DNA of 62,580 nt, filler included, from Nitrospinota bacterium (GTDB lineage: Bacteria > JAUXIQ01): NCBI GenBank assembly GCA_030620925.1. It is 13 parts of 13 records of this genome, joined end to end, with 100 filler letters (N's around TTAATTAATTAA, not from the genome) between each part and the next. Parts side by side here need not be neighbours in the genome. Positions count along the whole stretch, not along the records: positions 36,067 to 39,496 come from JAUXIQ010000316.1; positions 39,597 to 45,587 come from JAUXIQ010000141.1; positions 45,688 to 49,954 come from JAUXIQ010000238.1; 10 more parts are not named here. The stretch is one strand, 5' to 3'. Of this stretch, positions 38,017 to 49,664 are shown one piece after another. Made by a program: the position numbers and the translations under genes. The notes under the pieces are model-generated. The model was not told where the DNA came from. It did not search any database and saw nothing but the letters and a program-made list of their open reading frames with translations. Every line of letters begins with the position of its first letter. Positions within the stretch are counted from its first letter, which is position 1.

Positions 38017-39000
38017 TTATCCGGTGGTGCCAGTTTTCACCGCGCTCTCTTCCCCTTTAATCAGTAGGTCCAGCTCTCTTATCAGCTCTTCTTCCCTGGG
38101 GCTTAGCTTTTCGGGTATCTTTATGCGCACCTTGACTAAATGGTCGCCCCTCCTCTCACCGCCGCGCCTCTGAACCCCTTTGCCCCTCAGCCGGAACGCC
38201 TGCCCGCCCTGCGTGCCGGGAGGTATTCTCATGACTGTTGCGCCGTCCACCGTCTCCACGCTGATCCTGGCGCCCAGGGACGCTTCGGCAACGGACAGCG
38301 GCACCTCACTATGAATATTATAACCCTCCCGCTTGAAAAATGTGTGAGGTTTTACCTTCAAATCAATGTAAAGGGTCCCGGGTGGGCCGCCGTTAACTCC
38401 GAGACCCCCTTTCCCGGGAACCCGGAGCCGCGAGCCGTCCTCAGCACCGGCCGGAATCCTCACCTCCACCGACTCCGCCCGCTTCGTACTCCCCCTGCTC
38501 CCGCAGGCCCTGCATGGAGCGCCGCCGTCGGTCATACCCCGGCCTGAACAGCGGCCGCAGGGTGCCTCGTCGGTGATGGAAAACCTGACCCTGGTGCCCT
38601 TTACCGCCTCTATAAAACCTATTTCCAGCGATGCCCGGGCATCAGGGCCTTTCCCCGGCCCGCTGCTGAACCCCCCCAGGATGTCACCCAAGTCGAAAAA
38701 AAAGTCCTGGTAGGGCGGTTCCGGGGATGTATGCCGCTCTTCCCGCCAGGTATACCACTGATCGGGATCGAAACCGTTGCGGAAAGCCTCGTGACCCAGG
38801 CGGTCATACTCCTTCCTCTTCTCCGGGTCGCCAAGCATTGCGTAGGCTTCGGATATGCGTTTGAACTTCTCCTCGGCGTCCTTAGAGTTAGGGTTCACGT
38901 CGGGATGGTATTTCCTGGCCAGCTTCCGATAGACCTTTTTTATCTCCTTCTGGCCGGCTTCCCTGCGCACACCCAGTATGTCGTAATAGCTCTCGCTCAT
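38017..39000 (-). CDS. DnaJ/CbpA-class co-chaperone (J domain, partial zinc finger, C-terminal domain)
   Basis: YYDILGV, YHPDVN, only two CxxCxxxG repeats, [15 protein letters not shown]. Confidence 0.92.
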   Translation of the reverse strand: MSESYYDILGVRREAGQKEIKKVYRKLARKYHPDVNPNSKDAEEKFKRISEAYAMLGDPEKRKEYDRLGHEAFRNGFDPDQWYTWREERHTSPEPPYQDFFFDLGDILGGFSSGPGKGPDARASLEIGFIEAVKGTRVRFSITDEAPCGRCSGRGMTDGGAPCRACGSRGSTKRAESVEVRIPAGAEDGSRLRVPGKGGLGVNGGPPGTLYIDLKVKPHTFFKREGYNIHSEVPLSVAEASLGARISVETVDGATVMRIPPGTQGGQAFRLRGKGVQRRGGERRGDHLVKVRIKIPEKLSPREEELIRELDLLIKGEESAVKTGTTG

Positions 39001-39051
39001 CTGCCATTCACCACCTGTTTAATATCCGGCATCTTATTGCTGAACGCCCCT

Positions 39052-39496
39052 TTATCGGCCTGCGGTAGCGGGGACATGACGGAAAACCATCTCCCCGTCA
39101 TGCGCGTCCACTTCCACCTCCTGGCCTTCTGCGAACTCCCCTTCCAGCAGCTTGACCGCCAGCGGGTCGAGTATGCGCCGCTGGATGGCCCTCTTGAGCG
39201 GCCTGGCCCCGTAGACGGGGTCGTATCCCGCCTCTATCAGCAGGTCTTTTGCGGCCTCGGTAAGGCTCACACCCATCTTGCTTTCCGCCAGCCGCCCTTT
39301 AAGGCGCTCCACCTGAATATCCAATATGTGGAGGAGGTTTTCTCTGCTCAGGCGGTGGAATATGATGGTGTCGTCCACCCTGTTGAGGAACTCCGGCCGG
39401 AATTGAGCCTTCAGAGATTCCATGACCCGCGACTCCATCTCCTGATAATCGCCCTCGCCCAGGTCCTGAATATACTGGCTGCCCGTGTTGGAGGTC
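39052..39496 (-). CDS. clpB: ClpB chaperone, C-terminal part
   Basis: TSN, FRPEFLNRVDD, GYDPVYGARPLKRAIQ. Confidence 0.9.
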
Positions 39497-39641
39497 NNNN
39501 NNNNNNNNNNNNNNNNNNNNNNNNNNNNNNNNNNNNNNNNTTAATTAATTAANNNNNNNNNNNNNNNNNNNNNNNNNNNNNNNNNNNNNNNNNNNNCGGG
39601 TGCGAAAGTGTCGCCCGACTTCCTGATGGACGCCGTAAAAG

Positions 39642-39971
39642 ATGGCCGATGATGAATGCCTGGTGTCGGATAAAGTTCTGGGCTTCAGGATGAAAGAAGT
39701 GCTGGATATCATCCGGGCCACTGCTTCCAGGAAGGGATGGGATATAATCAATAATGAGGGTGGCCAGGGCTCATCCGGGTTGACCGTCAGATTTTCCGGG
39801 CGGTCCGCCTGGTGCAGATTTGAAGTAATCGAAGTAGAGCCACGGCCCCTGGGCGGTAGATTCAAAATGCCCCAGACACGCCTCATCGTGCGGGCAGGCG
39901 GAACCGATGAGAAGCAGATAGAAGAGCTCCAAGGGGTTTTACATATAGCTTTCCTGCGCGCCGGAGGGTAA
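39642..39971 (+). CDS. hypothetical protein
   Basis: Tightly packed with the downstream genes; ends FLRAGG. Confidence 0.6.
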   Translation: MADDECLVSDKVLGFRMKEVLDIIRATASRKGWDIINNEGGQGSSGLTVRFSGRSAWCRFEVIEVEPRPLGGRFKMPQTRLIVRAGGTDEKQIEELQGVLHIAFLRAGG

Positions 39972-39975
39972 AAAA

Positions 39976-40209
39976 ATGGAAGACTACTGGATAAAAGTTT
40001 TTACTGCCTACAGCGAGCATGAAGCGCATATAGTGAAAGGTCTGTTGGAGAGCCAGGGCATAACCTGTAAAATCAAATCCATGGCCGTGCCTCAATATCC
40101 GTTCACTGTGGATGGATTGGCGGAAAGGGAAATATACGTCCTGGAAGAGCAATATGAAGAAAGCGTATGGCTGCTCGAAGAAAATCTCGAAAGAGGTGAG
40201 GGGGAATAG
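39976..40209 (+). CDS. DUF2007-like small protein
   Basis: EAHIVKGLLESQGI...EIYVLEEQYEES; GGAGG RBS. Confidence 0.8.
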   Translation: MEDYWIKVFTAYSEHEAHIVKGLLESQGITCKIKSMAVPQYPFTVDGLAEREIYVLEEQYEESVWLLEENLERGEGE

Positions 40210-40218
40210 TCTCCGCTG

Positions 40219-42396
40219 ATGGACGAGAATAGCGAACAGCTCGAAGGAGTCCTGGAAAGGATCGTATATTCCAACGAGGACAACAACTACACCGTGGCCC
40301 GGTTAAAGGTCCAGGGGCATAGTGAGCTGGTCACCGCGGTTGGAAACCTCGCCGGTGTGAGCGTGGGGGAAACCCTCTCCGTCACCGGCGCCTGGGTAAA
40401 CCACAAGAAGTTCGGGCAGCAGTTTCGCGTGGACAGCTTCATCACCAAAGTGCCGGCCACCATTAAAGGGATGGAGCGTTACCTTGGCTCCGGCCTCATA
40501 AAAGGCATAGGCCCCGTCATGGCCAAACGCCTCACTCAAAAATTCGGGCTGAATACACTCGATATCATCGAAAACAAGCCCCGCAGACTCACAGAGATCG
40601 AGGGGCTGGGGCCCAAAAAGGCGGAATCGATAACCAACGCCTGGAAGCAGCAGAAACATATCAGGGAGGTGATGGTATTCCTCCAGGGTTACGACATCAG
40701 CGCCACCTACGCTGAGAAAATATACAGGGTCTACGGCGGCAGCACCATCTCCCGGGTCAAAGAAGACCCCTACTGCCTGGCCGCCGATATAATGGGCATA
40801 GGGTTCAAGACCGCTGACAAGGCGGCCCGCAGCATGGGCATACCCGCCGATTCCCCCAAACGGGCCATGGCGGGGATCGTATACCTTTTAGACGAAGCCG
40901 CTGGCGAAGGCCACCTTTATCTGCCCCGGCAGGAACTGTTGGACCTGACCCGGGAAAAGCTGGAAATTGACGGAGATATCACCGAACAGGCCATCCTCTC
41001 GCTGGCCGCCGACAAGCGAATACATATAGAGAACGCTTTTGACGGGGAAGAATCGGTCTACCTGGCCGCTCACTATCAGTCGGAGAACGACTCGGCGAAA
41101 AAACTCGAAACCCTGAAACAGGAGCACTCACAGCTCCCTCTGTTGGAAATAAATACCGTCTTTAACGAGCTGGAGGATAGAGGTAATATCCAATACACGG
41201 ATAATCAGAAAAAAGCCGTGGAGGAAGCTCTGCGGCAGGGCGTCCTGGTAATCACCGGCGGTCCCGGCACCGGTAAGACCACCCTGATTAAAGCCATAGT
41301 AACCGTCTACCAGCTCCTCAAAATTAAAATCATACTCGCCGCACCGACGGGCAGGGCCGCCAAACGGCTCTCCGAAGCCGCCGGCCTCCCGGCCAAGACC
41401 ATTCACCGCCTCCTGGAGTTCAACCCTGCCAGGGGAGGTTTTCAGAGGGATGAATTCAACCCCCTTCAGGCCGACGCCGTCATCATCGACGAAACCTCGA
41501 TGCTGGATATCCCCCTTTTCCATCACCTGATTAACGCCGTTCAGCCGGGGACGCGCCTGATACTGGTGGGCGACGTAGACCAGCTCCCCTCGGTGGGGCC
41601 CGGCAGCTTTTTAAAGGACGTCATCAACTCCGGGGTTTTCAAGGTGGTATTGCTGAAAGAGATATTCAGGCAGGAAGAAGAGAGCGCCATCGTGCTGAAC
41701 GCCCACCGGATAAACCAGGGCGAGAAACCTGAATACAAGAGGAAAGACGGCGGCAAGAGCGAATTCATATTCGCCCGGAAGGAAGAGCCTGAGCAGGTGC
41801 TTCGCCATATCAAAGAACTCTGCACCCGCATTTTGCCGACCCAGCACGGCTGGAAAAACAGGCACGACGTTCAGGTCATCTGCCCCATGAACAGGGGCGT
41901 GGTGGGCACCTGGAACCTGAACTCCGAATTGCAGAACACGCTTAATCCCAGAGGCCCCCAAATTGTCAGAGGAGACAAAATATTCCGGCTCGGAGACCGC
42001 GTCATGCAGGTCCAGAACAACTATGATAAAGACATTTTCAACGGGGACCTGGGGAAAATCGCCGCGGTGAATACCGAAGATAACAAGCTCCTGGTCGACT
42101 TCGAAGGACAACTGATGGATTACGAAGCGGACGAGCTCGACGAGCTGGCGCTCGCCTACGCGGTGTCCGTGCACAAATCGCAGGGCAGCGAGTATCCGGT
42201 GGTTGTAATGCCCCTGGTCACCCAGCATTTCCCCCTCCTCCAGCGCAACCTGCTCTACACCGGCATTTCACGCGCAAAGAAGCTGGTGATCCTGGTAGGT
42301 CAATATAAAGCCATGTATATCGCCATCAATAACGATAAAGTCCAGCAGCGCTACACCCACTTCATGAATCGCCTGAAAGAAGCGGCAGGCGGCTAG
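40219..42396 (+). CDS. recD2: ATP-dependent RecD-like DNA helicase (RecD2)
   Basis: YLGSGLIKGIG, GIGFKTAD, GGPGTGKT, APTGRAAKRL, DETSM, GDVDQLPSVG, HKSQGSEY. Confidence 0.95.
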   Translation: MDENSEQLEGVLERIVYSNEDNNYTVARLKVQGHSELVTAVGNLAGVSVGETLSVTGAWVNHKKFGQQFRVDSFITKVPATIKGMERYLGSGLIKGIGPVMAKRLTQKFGLNTLDIIENKPRRLTEIEGLGPKKAESITNAWKQQKHIREVMVFLQGYDISATYAEKIYRVYGGSTISRVKEDPYCLAADIMGIGFKTADKAARSMGIPADSPKRAMAGIVYLLDEAAGEGHLYLPRQELLDLTREKLEIDGDITEQAILSLAADKRIHIENAFDGEESVYLAAHYQSENDSAKKLETLKQEHSQLPLLEINTVFNELEDRGNIQYTDNQKKAVEEALRQGVLVITGGPGTGKTTLIKAIVTVYQLLKIKIILAAPTGRAAKRLSEAAGLPAKTIHRLLEFNPARGGFQRDEFNPLQADAVIIDETSMLDIPLFHHLINAVQPGTRLILVGDVDQLPSVGPGSFLKDVINSGVFKVVLLKEIFRQEEESAIVLNAHRINQGEKPEYKRKDGGKSEFIFARKEEPEQVLRHIKELCTRILPTQHGWKNRHDVQVICPMNRGVVGTWNLNSELQNTLNPRGPQIVRGDKIFRLGDRVMQVQNNYDKDIFNGDLGKIAAVNTEDNKLLVDFEGQLMDYEADELDELALAYAVSVHKSQGSEYPVVVMPLVTQHFPLLQRNLLYTGISRAKKLVILVGQYKAMYIAINNDKVQQRYTHFMNRLKEAAGG

Positions 42397-42420
42397 AGAG
42401 CCTTTCTGAAGGGGCAGCCG

Positions 42421-42606
42421 ATGGGATTCCAGGACTTCTTTAAATATTGGGAGAAAAGTTGGGCCCCTCTTACATCTCCATTAATAGAAATAATCAGAAA
42501 ATTGACCGGCAAACACCAGCCCGGAAAATGCCCCCGGTGCAATTTCAGAGTCAACAAAGAAAATAACGTATGCTCGAACTGCGGCCACGACCTGACGTCT
42601 AAATAA
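42421..42606 (+). CDS. small zinc-ribbon protein
   Basis: CPRC...CSNCG; AAGGGG RBS. Confidence 0.55.
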   Translation: MGFQDFFKYWEKSWAPLTSPLIEIIRKLTGKHQPGKCPRCNFRVNKENNVCSNCGHDLTSK

Positions 42607-42840
42607 TCGTCATACCCATCACGCCGAAGGCGTGATGGAGGGGAGTTTGGCACCGCCGCCAGGCGGGGCTCAAACACCGCAATCCCGTGATAAGCGGGAT
42701 TGCGGGATAAAGGATGTGAATCGAAAAATTGAGGAAGCAGCCAATAGCTGACTGACGCATTAAAGCCTTAACTTACCAAAAAGTTTTTAGGGGGAGTTTG
42801 AGGGGGCGTTTTTACAAAAAAGCATTCTCAATAATAATCA

Positions 42841-45587
42841 ATGACACTGCAAATAATCTCAGGCGGCGCGGGAACCGGTAAAACACAAAGGTGCATGGAC
42901 CTGCTCCTGGAGGAAGTCTCCGGGGGCAGAGCGCACGAAGTGCTTTTCCTCCTCTATAATAACCATCAGGTGCAGACCGTCAGAGAGTTCCTCCGGGAAA
43001 ACCTGGAAGCCTATATAGAACCCTCACTGATGACTTTCCAGGGGCTCATCCGGGAAATTCTTTATCAGGGCCTTTCATCGCCTCCCTCCATAGCCCCCGA
43101 AAACCTCGCCCTGCATCTCTTCCGCAAAGCCGTGGAGGATTGCGACCTGTCCTATTATCGAAACGCCGCACAGGGCGGCATGCTCAGGCTCCTCAAGAAA
43201 GTGGTAGACGAACTTAAAACCAACTGCGTCTCACCCGGCTCACTGCGGGACGCGACACGAAAACTATCAGGCGGGCGCGCTTATACCGCGACCCTCATGA
43301 AAAAGGCTGCGGAGCTCAGCGATATTTACGACCGTTACCAGCACCTGCTGCGCGACTACGGATACGAAGAATGGCCCGATGCGGGGTTTCGGGCCATCGA
43401 GCTGCTCCGGAGCGAGCCGGAAATTTTAAAACAAAAGAAGCTGCTCTTGATGGACGGCTTCTTCTATCTCACGCCCTGGCAGAAAGACATGCTGTCGACG
43501 CTTTTAGATAATGTGCCGCGCTCGATCGTAACCATCTGCCACGAAAATGGAAGGCTGGAAGTTTTCAGGGCGCTCGAAGATATGCACGCCTTCCTCACGG
43601 GCTTTTCAGAGGGTGAGGTGATTTACCTTGAAGAAAATATGAGGGCCAAGGCCCCCTCGCTCAGACACATCGAGAAGCATATCTTCAACCCCGAGGCGCC
43701 CCCCATCCCTGCGGACGAATCCCTCAGCATATACGAAGCCGGACCGCAGGATGCGGAAGCGGAGCTGATCGCCCGCACCATCAAACGGATGGTCATGGAA
43801 GAAGATTACCATTACCCGGATTTCGGCGTCCTGCTCAGGAGCGACTCCACTTACAAAGACATCTTCAAGCAGGTATTCAAAAGGTTCGACATACCCCTGG
43901 TGATGTCCCGCAATATCGACCTGAAGGACGTATCAAGCTTCAGGGCCGTGCTGACCCTCCTCGAGCTGGCTGCGGGAGAGTGGTCCAGGGAAAAGGTAAT
44001 ATCCTTCATGAGGGACGCGGGTATAGCAAGGGATATGCAGGACATATCCCCCTTCTCCGCCCGCGTCGTGGATCGTATTGAAAACCTCGCCATCGCCCTG
44101 GGCATAAACGATAAGAAACGCTGGCTCGATATTTTCGGCCCTAATTCCAAAAGTAGAGGGAATCAAGATACAGCACAGGCCAGGGCCGTCCGGGAGCTCG
44201 TCCACCTTGAAGAAAAAATAAGGAACGCGCAGACCTCCCGAAGCCTGGTCGGGGCGTTGTCAGAGGTTATCGGTGAGCTCTATATGCTGGAAAACGCTTT
44301 CGTCGATGCGGCGGCTGGCCCCGTTAACGGCCAATCCACCTGCCCCGATATCAAGGGGCCGGAAGTGAGAATAGAAGCGGCGGCCATAGTAAAACTGCAC
44401 GGTCTGCTGGGCCAGTTCCAGGCCCTTACCGAAATGGATGGAAACGGAGCCGCGAGACCGATCGAGCTGCTCGAATTCATAACCGACAGCGCCGAAACCC
44501 TGAACGTGGAAATACCCGCTGAAATGCAGGCAGGTGTATGGGTTTCAAATATATTCGAGTCGAGGGTTCCGGAATTCAGAGTGGTCTTCGTGGCCGGTCT
44601 GCAGGAGGGCCTGTTTCCGCCCGGTTTCAGAGAAGACCCCATATTTCAGGACCGTGAAAGGAAGCTCCTTAACCGGAACGGAAATACGCTTCTCCGGGAC
44701 AGGACGGCACTGGTAGACAGGGAAAGATACCTCTTTTACATCGCCCTGACCAGGGCTTCCGAGAGGATGACGCTCACCTATCCCGGCATGGACTCATCGG
44801 GCAAGAAAAAGCTCGCTTCATTTTATTTGGACGACCTGCTCAAGCTGTTCACTCCCAGGAGCATGGCCGAGCGCACTTCCCTGGTGAACACCGCCCGAAT
44901 CCTCCCCTCCCCTCACGAAATTATGAGCGAAGATGAGCTCATTAAATTCGTTGTTCGCGGATTAAACGACGAGCTGTCGCAGGACGACAGCGCCGGGCAG
45001 CACAAAATAAGCTCGCTATACAACCTGGCGCTGGACAGAACCCCTGAAATGTTAAGGGAAACATTGATCGCAGCAAACTCAGAACAAACCCTATCCTTAA
45101 GCGGTGACAGCACGCACTATCTTACGCAAAGGGAAAAACCCTACAGCATTTCCGAAATTCATACCTACGGTCAGTGCAAATTCAGATACTTCTGCCGGTA
45201 TCTTCTCGGGCTCCAGCCAAGGAAAGAATACTTCATCGATTCCGCAGCAGAAGGAGACATTTATCATGAGGCGTTGAGGAGAATCTACCTCAAGACGGTG
45301 CAGGAGAAGACGACTCCATCAACCGTCGACGGCGAGACTTTCGTGCAGGCCGGTCTGCAAGAGCTGGAAGCGGTTATGAAAGAGAGTTATGCGCGCCACC
45401 TGACGACCATCAGAGGAAACAATCTGCAGGAAAGAATGAAGAAGGCGTTCCGAAATTTTTTGGAAACGGAATACCAGTTTCAGGAACATGGAAAAACGCG
45501 CCCTGCATACCTGGAACTGAGCTTCGGGGGCGGGAAATCCAAAGAGCCGCAAGACCCCCGCTCGACCGCAGAACCTCTGCGGCTCTC
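42841..45587 (+). CDS. addB: AddB/RexB-like helicase-nuclease subunit (3' truncated)
   Basis: N-terminal GGAGTGKT, DGFFYLTP, ERYLFYIALTRA, start of the nuclease domain SISEIHTYGQCKFRYF. Confidence 0.78.
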
Positions 45588-45938
45588 NNNNNNNNNNNNN
45601 NNNNNNNNNNNNNNNNNNNNNNNNNNNNNNNTTAATTAATTAANNNNNNNNNNNNNNNNNNNNNNNNNNNNNNNNNNNNNNNNNNNNAGCCAAATGCCGA
45701 GGATGATGAGCCTGCTGATGAACCGGGGAAAATTAAACTGCAAAATGAGGGGGATGATGTCGAGTTTGAAATAGAAGATGATACCCCCGACGAGGATAAA
45801 GAGTAAAGAGGCCGACAGGATAAATTCACTTACTGCGGTTTTTCGTTTTATATTGATCGGTTCGGCACATGCCGGATTGGAATCTATTTTTAGCCTGCCT
45901 GTCGAATACGGAGTCTATATTCCCGCTGAAATAGAGTT

Positions 45939-47078
45939 TCATGTATACGATTTTTTCTTCTTGTCCGCGGATTCTTCTAGCTGGAAGCCTCTATTTTCAG
46001 CTGCTTCTTCGACCTCTTCAGTTTTTTCCATCTTGATTTTCAGGCGCAGGTCGTTGGGGCTGTCTGCGTTGGCGATTGTTTCATCATAAGAAATCCTGCC
46101 TTCTTTATATAGGTCGTAGATTGCCTGGTCGAAGGTCTGCATCCCTTCCATATTCCCGGAAAACATAGTGTCTTTCAGGGTATCGATTTCTCCTTTCTGG
46201 ATGAGGTCTTTGACCCTCGGCGTGTCGAGCAAAATTTCCACAGCCGCCGCTCTTTCCCCGGTAGTCGTTTTAATCAGTCGCTGCGAAATAATCGCCCTCA
46301 GGTTGAGAGATAGCTGCATGAAAAGGGTGGGGTGGAATTCGGTGGGGAAGAAGTTGTATATACGCTCCAGAGCCTGGTTGGCGTTGTGTGAGTGCAGTGT
46401 GCCCAGACATAGATGGCCTGTTTCCGCGAAATGGAGGGCGGACTCCATGGTTTCCAGGTCGCGTATCTCACCTATCAGAATGACGTCCGGCGCCTGCCGC
46501 AATGCGTTTCTCAGTGCGTTATGGAAGGAGTGAGTATCGGTGCCTACTTCCCTTTGGGTAACCACCGATTTCTTGTGTGTATGGACAAACTCTACAGGGT
46601 CCTCAATGGTGATAATATGCCCCGGCATATTTACGTTTCGATAATCTATCATCGCCGCCATCGAGGTGGATTTTCCCACTCCGGAAGCTCCCACCACCAG
46701 AACGAGCCCTGCTTTTGTCATGATGATATCTTTAAATATATTCGGGAGATCAAGCTCTTCTATGCTCATGATTCTTAGGTTGATCAGACGAACGACCAGA
46801 CCCACCTCTCCCTGTTGCTTGAATATGTTCACTCGAAATCGGCCCAGCTCGGGGTATCCAAGCGCCAGATTCATCTCCATTTCGCGGGCGAATTCTTCCT
46901 TCTGCCTGTCGCTCATTATATCGTAGGCCAGAGTCTTTACGGCGTCACCGTCCAGAACGGTTTTGCCTGCGGGCCTGGTTACACCCTGGATGCGGTACAT
47001 GGGGGGAGTACCCGCAGTCAGATAGACGTCAGAGGCTTCGTTTTCCACCATTACTTTTAAGAATTCTTTTATGTCCAT
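45939..47078 (-). CDS. pilU: type IV pilus retraction ATPase PilU
   Basis: GASGVGKST, EDPVEF, LRQAPDVILIGEIRD, FAETGHL, GMQTFDQ, ADSPNDLRLKIK. Confidence 0.93.
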   Translation of the reverse strand: MDIKEFLKVMVENEASDVYLTAGTPPMYRIQGVTRPAGKTVLDGDAVKTLAYDIMSDRQKEEFAREMEMNLALGYPELGRFRVNIFKQQGEVGLVVRLINLRIMSIEELDLPNIFKDIIMTKAGLVLVVGASGVGKSTSMAAMIDYRNVNMPGHIITIEDPVEFVHTHKKSVVTQREVGTDTHSFHNALRNALRQAPDVILIGEIRDLETMESALHFAETGHLCLGTLHSHNANQALERIYNFFPTEFHPTLFMQLSLNLRAIISQRLIKTTTGERAAAVEILLDTPRVKDLIQKGEIDTLKDTMFSGNMEGMQTFDQAIYDLYKEGRISYDETIANADSPNDLRLKIKMEKTEEVEEAAENRGFQLEESADKKKKSYT

Positions 47079-47123
47079 GATGCGTTCCTTAAGTAGGGGT
47101 GGGATTATACTGTAGTCACAATT

Positions 47124-48176
47124 TTATCGGTCTGCCGCGAACTGCTGTTGTAGCTTCGGACTCTTCATCAGTGCCTCTTCCCTGGTTATAAGCCCCCTTT
47201 TTATCAACTCTTCCAGGGATTGCTCCATGGTCTGCATTCCCCATTTTTGACCGGTCTCTATTACTGACGGTATCTGGTGTATCTTGTTCTCCCGGATCAG
47301 GTTTCTCACGGCTACTATCCCTATCATTATCTCGAAGGCGGGCACACGCCCTGAGCCGTCTTTCTTTTTGCACAGCGTCTGACAGATGACGGCCCGGATG
47401 CTTTCTGCGAACATGGTCCTGACTTGTGCCTGCTCGGCGGAGGGGAACACGTCTATAATCCTGTCCACCGTTTTGGGGGCGGTGCTGGTGTGTAGCGTTG
47501 CGAAAACGAGATGGCCCGTCTCAGCCGCGGTTAAGGCCAGAGAAATGGTCTCCAGGTCTCTCATTTCTCCCACCAGTATCACGTCAGGGTCTTCTCGAAG
47601 GGCGCTCCTGAGGGCGTTGGAGAATGAATGGGTATGAGGCCCCAGCTCTCTCTGGTTTACCAGGCAATTCTTTGATCTATGGACAAACTCTATGGGGTCC
47701 TCTATGGTGAGTATATGCGAACTTCGCTCGTCGTTAATGGAATCTACCATTGCCGCCAGGGTGGTGGATTTCCCGATGCCGGTGGGGCCGGTAACCAGCA
47801 CCAGGCCCTTCTCGGCCTGGCATATATCTTTCAACACCTTGGGCAGGCCGAGCTGTTCGAAATCCATCACTTCAGTGGGAATCTGCCGGAAAGCGGCCGC
47901 CTCGCCTCTGCGTTGAAGGAAGCAGTTGACCCTGAACCTGGCTATTTCGCCTAGCTCTATAGAGAAATCCAATTCATGGGTTTCTTCGAAAGTTTTGATC
48001 TGCTTCTCGTTCATAATCTCATAGAGCATTTTATGTACGTCATCTCTGCTCAGCACGGGCGATTTAACCTTACGCATAGTTCCATGCACACGGATCAGGG
48101 GGGGCTCGCCAGAGCTGAGATGGACGTCTGACGCGCTAGATTTAATTGCAAACATCAGCAGCTCTGAAATATCCAT
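47124..48176 (-). CDS. pilT: type IV pilus retraction ATPase PilT
   Basis: GPTGIGKST, LREDPDVILVGEMRDLET, AVRNLIRE motif. Confidence 0.96.
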   Translation of the reverse strand: MDISELLMFAIKSSASDVHLSSGEPPLIRVHGTMRKVKSPVLSRDDVHKMLYEIMNEKQIKTFEETHELDFSIELGEIARFRVNCFLQRRGEAAAFRQIPTEVMDFEQLGLPKVLKDICQAEKGLVLVTGPTGIGKSTTLAAMVDSINDERSSHILTIEDPIEFVHRSKNCLVNQRELGPHTHSFSNALRSALREDPDVILVGEMRDLETISLALTAAETGHLVFATLHTSTAPKTVDRIIDVFPSAEQAQVRTMFAESIRAVICQTLCKKKDGSGRVPAFEIMIGIVAVRNLIRENKIHQIPSVIETGQKWGMQTMEQSLEELIKRGLITREEALMKSPKLQQQFAADR

Positions 48177-48815
48177 TATTTACCTCTCTACGTAGATGGA
48201 TTATTGCTTACTTTTTGAGTCAGTTCGGTTAGGCTAGCTTACACCTTGTCTTATGTTTAATCGCTTTATTCGGCAAATACTTTAGTTCGTATTTGCACCT
48301 GTAACATCGTTAGTGTAAACCCCTGCACCCGTATTTTCGTCTTATATCCTGTAATAGTTACGGGTGGGGCATACGGTGAAAATATATGGGTAAAATAAAT
48401 TCAAGGCATTAAAAATATAAAATGGAACTATTAATTGAATAAGACTTTTTAGGCTTTACACTGAAAAAGATCATGCGTTAATAGAACGTATAATGTTTTT
48501 TGTTTGTAAACATTCGGGAAAATCTAGCCAGATGCCCTGATCGAGAGTTGATATTGTCGCTTCAGTGCCATCAGTCCTACGTTTTCAGGGAAAAACTGCC
48601 GATGAGAAGGTCGCGGGGAGAAGTACTGCTCAGGGGAGTTAAAATCGGTGCCTCATTTATGCACTTGTGTCTTCGTCTGATGGTGTAGTATAAATTTTCT
48701 TAGTAATTAACACTATGGGAAATCAATCCGTGCTAAATATTAAAGAGGTTTTTCAAGTCGGTTTCCTTTATTATAATCGACCTGTTATTAATAGTGCTTA
48801 TTGAGGTATGACGTC

Positions 48816-49664
48816 TTGCAGGCAATCGAAGCGCGCGAGCTGGTTAAAGCATACCGCGGCCGCAGGGTGGTGGATGGTGTGAGCCTGCGTATTGAGGAAG
48901 GGGAGGTAGTGGGTCTTCTGGGCCCCAACGGCGCTGGAAAAACCACGAGTTTCTACATGATCATCGGAATGATCAAACCGGAAGAGGGCAGCGTGCACAT
49001 CAACGGACGCGATATTACCGCCCTTCCGATGTATCAGCGGGCCATCATGGGTATAGGCTACCTTCCTCAGGAGACCACTCTTTTCAGGAAACTCACCGTG
49101 AGGGAGAATATACTTTCCGTGCTGGAGAACATGAAGCTGAGCAATATAGAGAGTAAACGAAGGGCCGACGAACTCATGGAAGAGTTCAATATTACGCATA
49201 TCAGTGATACCAAGGGGCATGCTTTATCGGGCGGGGAGAGCCGCAGGGTGGAAATCGCCAGGGCGTTGGCCGTTTCTCCCAGTTTTCTGCTGCTCGACGA
49301 ACCTTTTACGGGCATCGACCCCATAATGATCGCTGAGCTGCAGAAGATCGTCTTTAGATTAAAGGACAGGGGTATGGGGATACTGATCACGGACCATAAC
49401 GTCAGGGATACACTGGAAATAACGGACCGCGCCTACATACTATACGAAGGCAGAGTGCTGGAAAGCGGTCTGCCTGATGAGATAGCAAGAAGTGAAAGGG
49501 CGCGCCAGGTTTACCTTGGGGATAAATTTCATATGGACTATATTAACATGCAAGAAAATGATCTCGTAAAAAGGATTGACGCTTTGAGGGGTTCCATGCG
49601 AGATATCCTCAGCGAATTGAAACGCCTGGGAGGAAAAGAGAGTAGGCGAAAGGAGTCTAAATAA
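48816..49664 (+). CDS. lptB: LPS export ABC ATPase LptB with C-terminal extension
   Basis: GPNGAGKTTSFYMI, LPMYQRA, GYLPQE, LDEPFTGIDP, ITDHNVRDTL, VYLG. About 43 extra residues follow YLGDKF. Confidence 0.9.
   Translation: MQAIEARELVKAYRGRRVVDGVSLRIEEGEVVGLLGPNGAGKTTSFYMIIGMIKPEEGSVHINGRDITALPMYQRAIMGIGYLPQETTLFRKLTVRENILSVLENMKLSNIESKRRADELMEEFNITHISDTKGHALSGGESRRVEIARALAVSPSFLLLDEPFTGIDPIMIAELQKIVFRLKDRGMGILITDHNVRDTLEITDRAYILYEGRVLESGLPDEIARSERARQVYLGDKFHMDYINMQENDLVKRIDALRGSMRDILSELKRLGGKESRRKESK

Noticed and set aside
48500-48688. Small ORF or c-di-GMP riboswitch in the pilT-lptB gap
   Set aside because: No GNRA tetraloop/receptor architecture could be matched, and the ORF has no RBS or recognisable motif.
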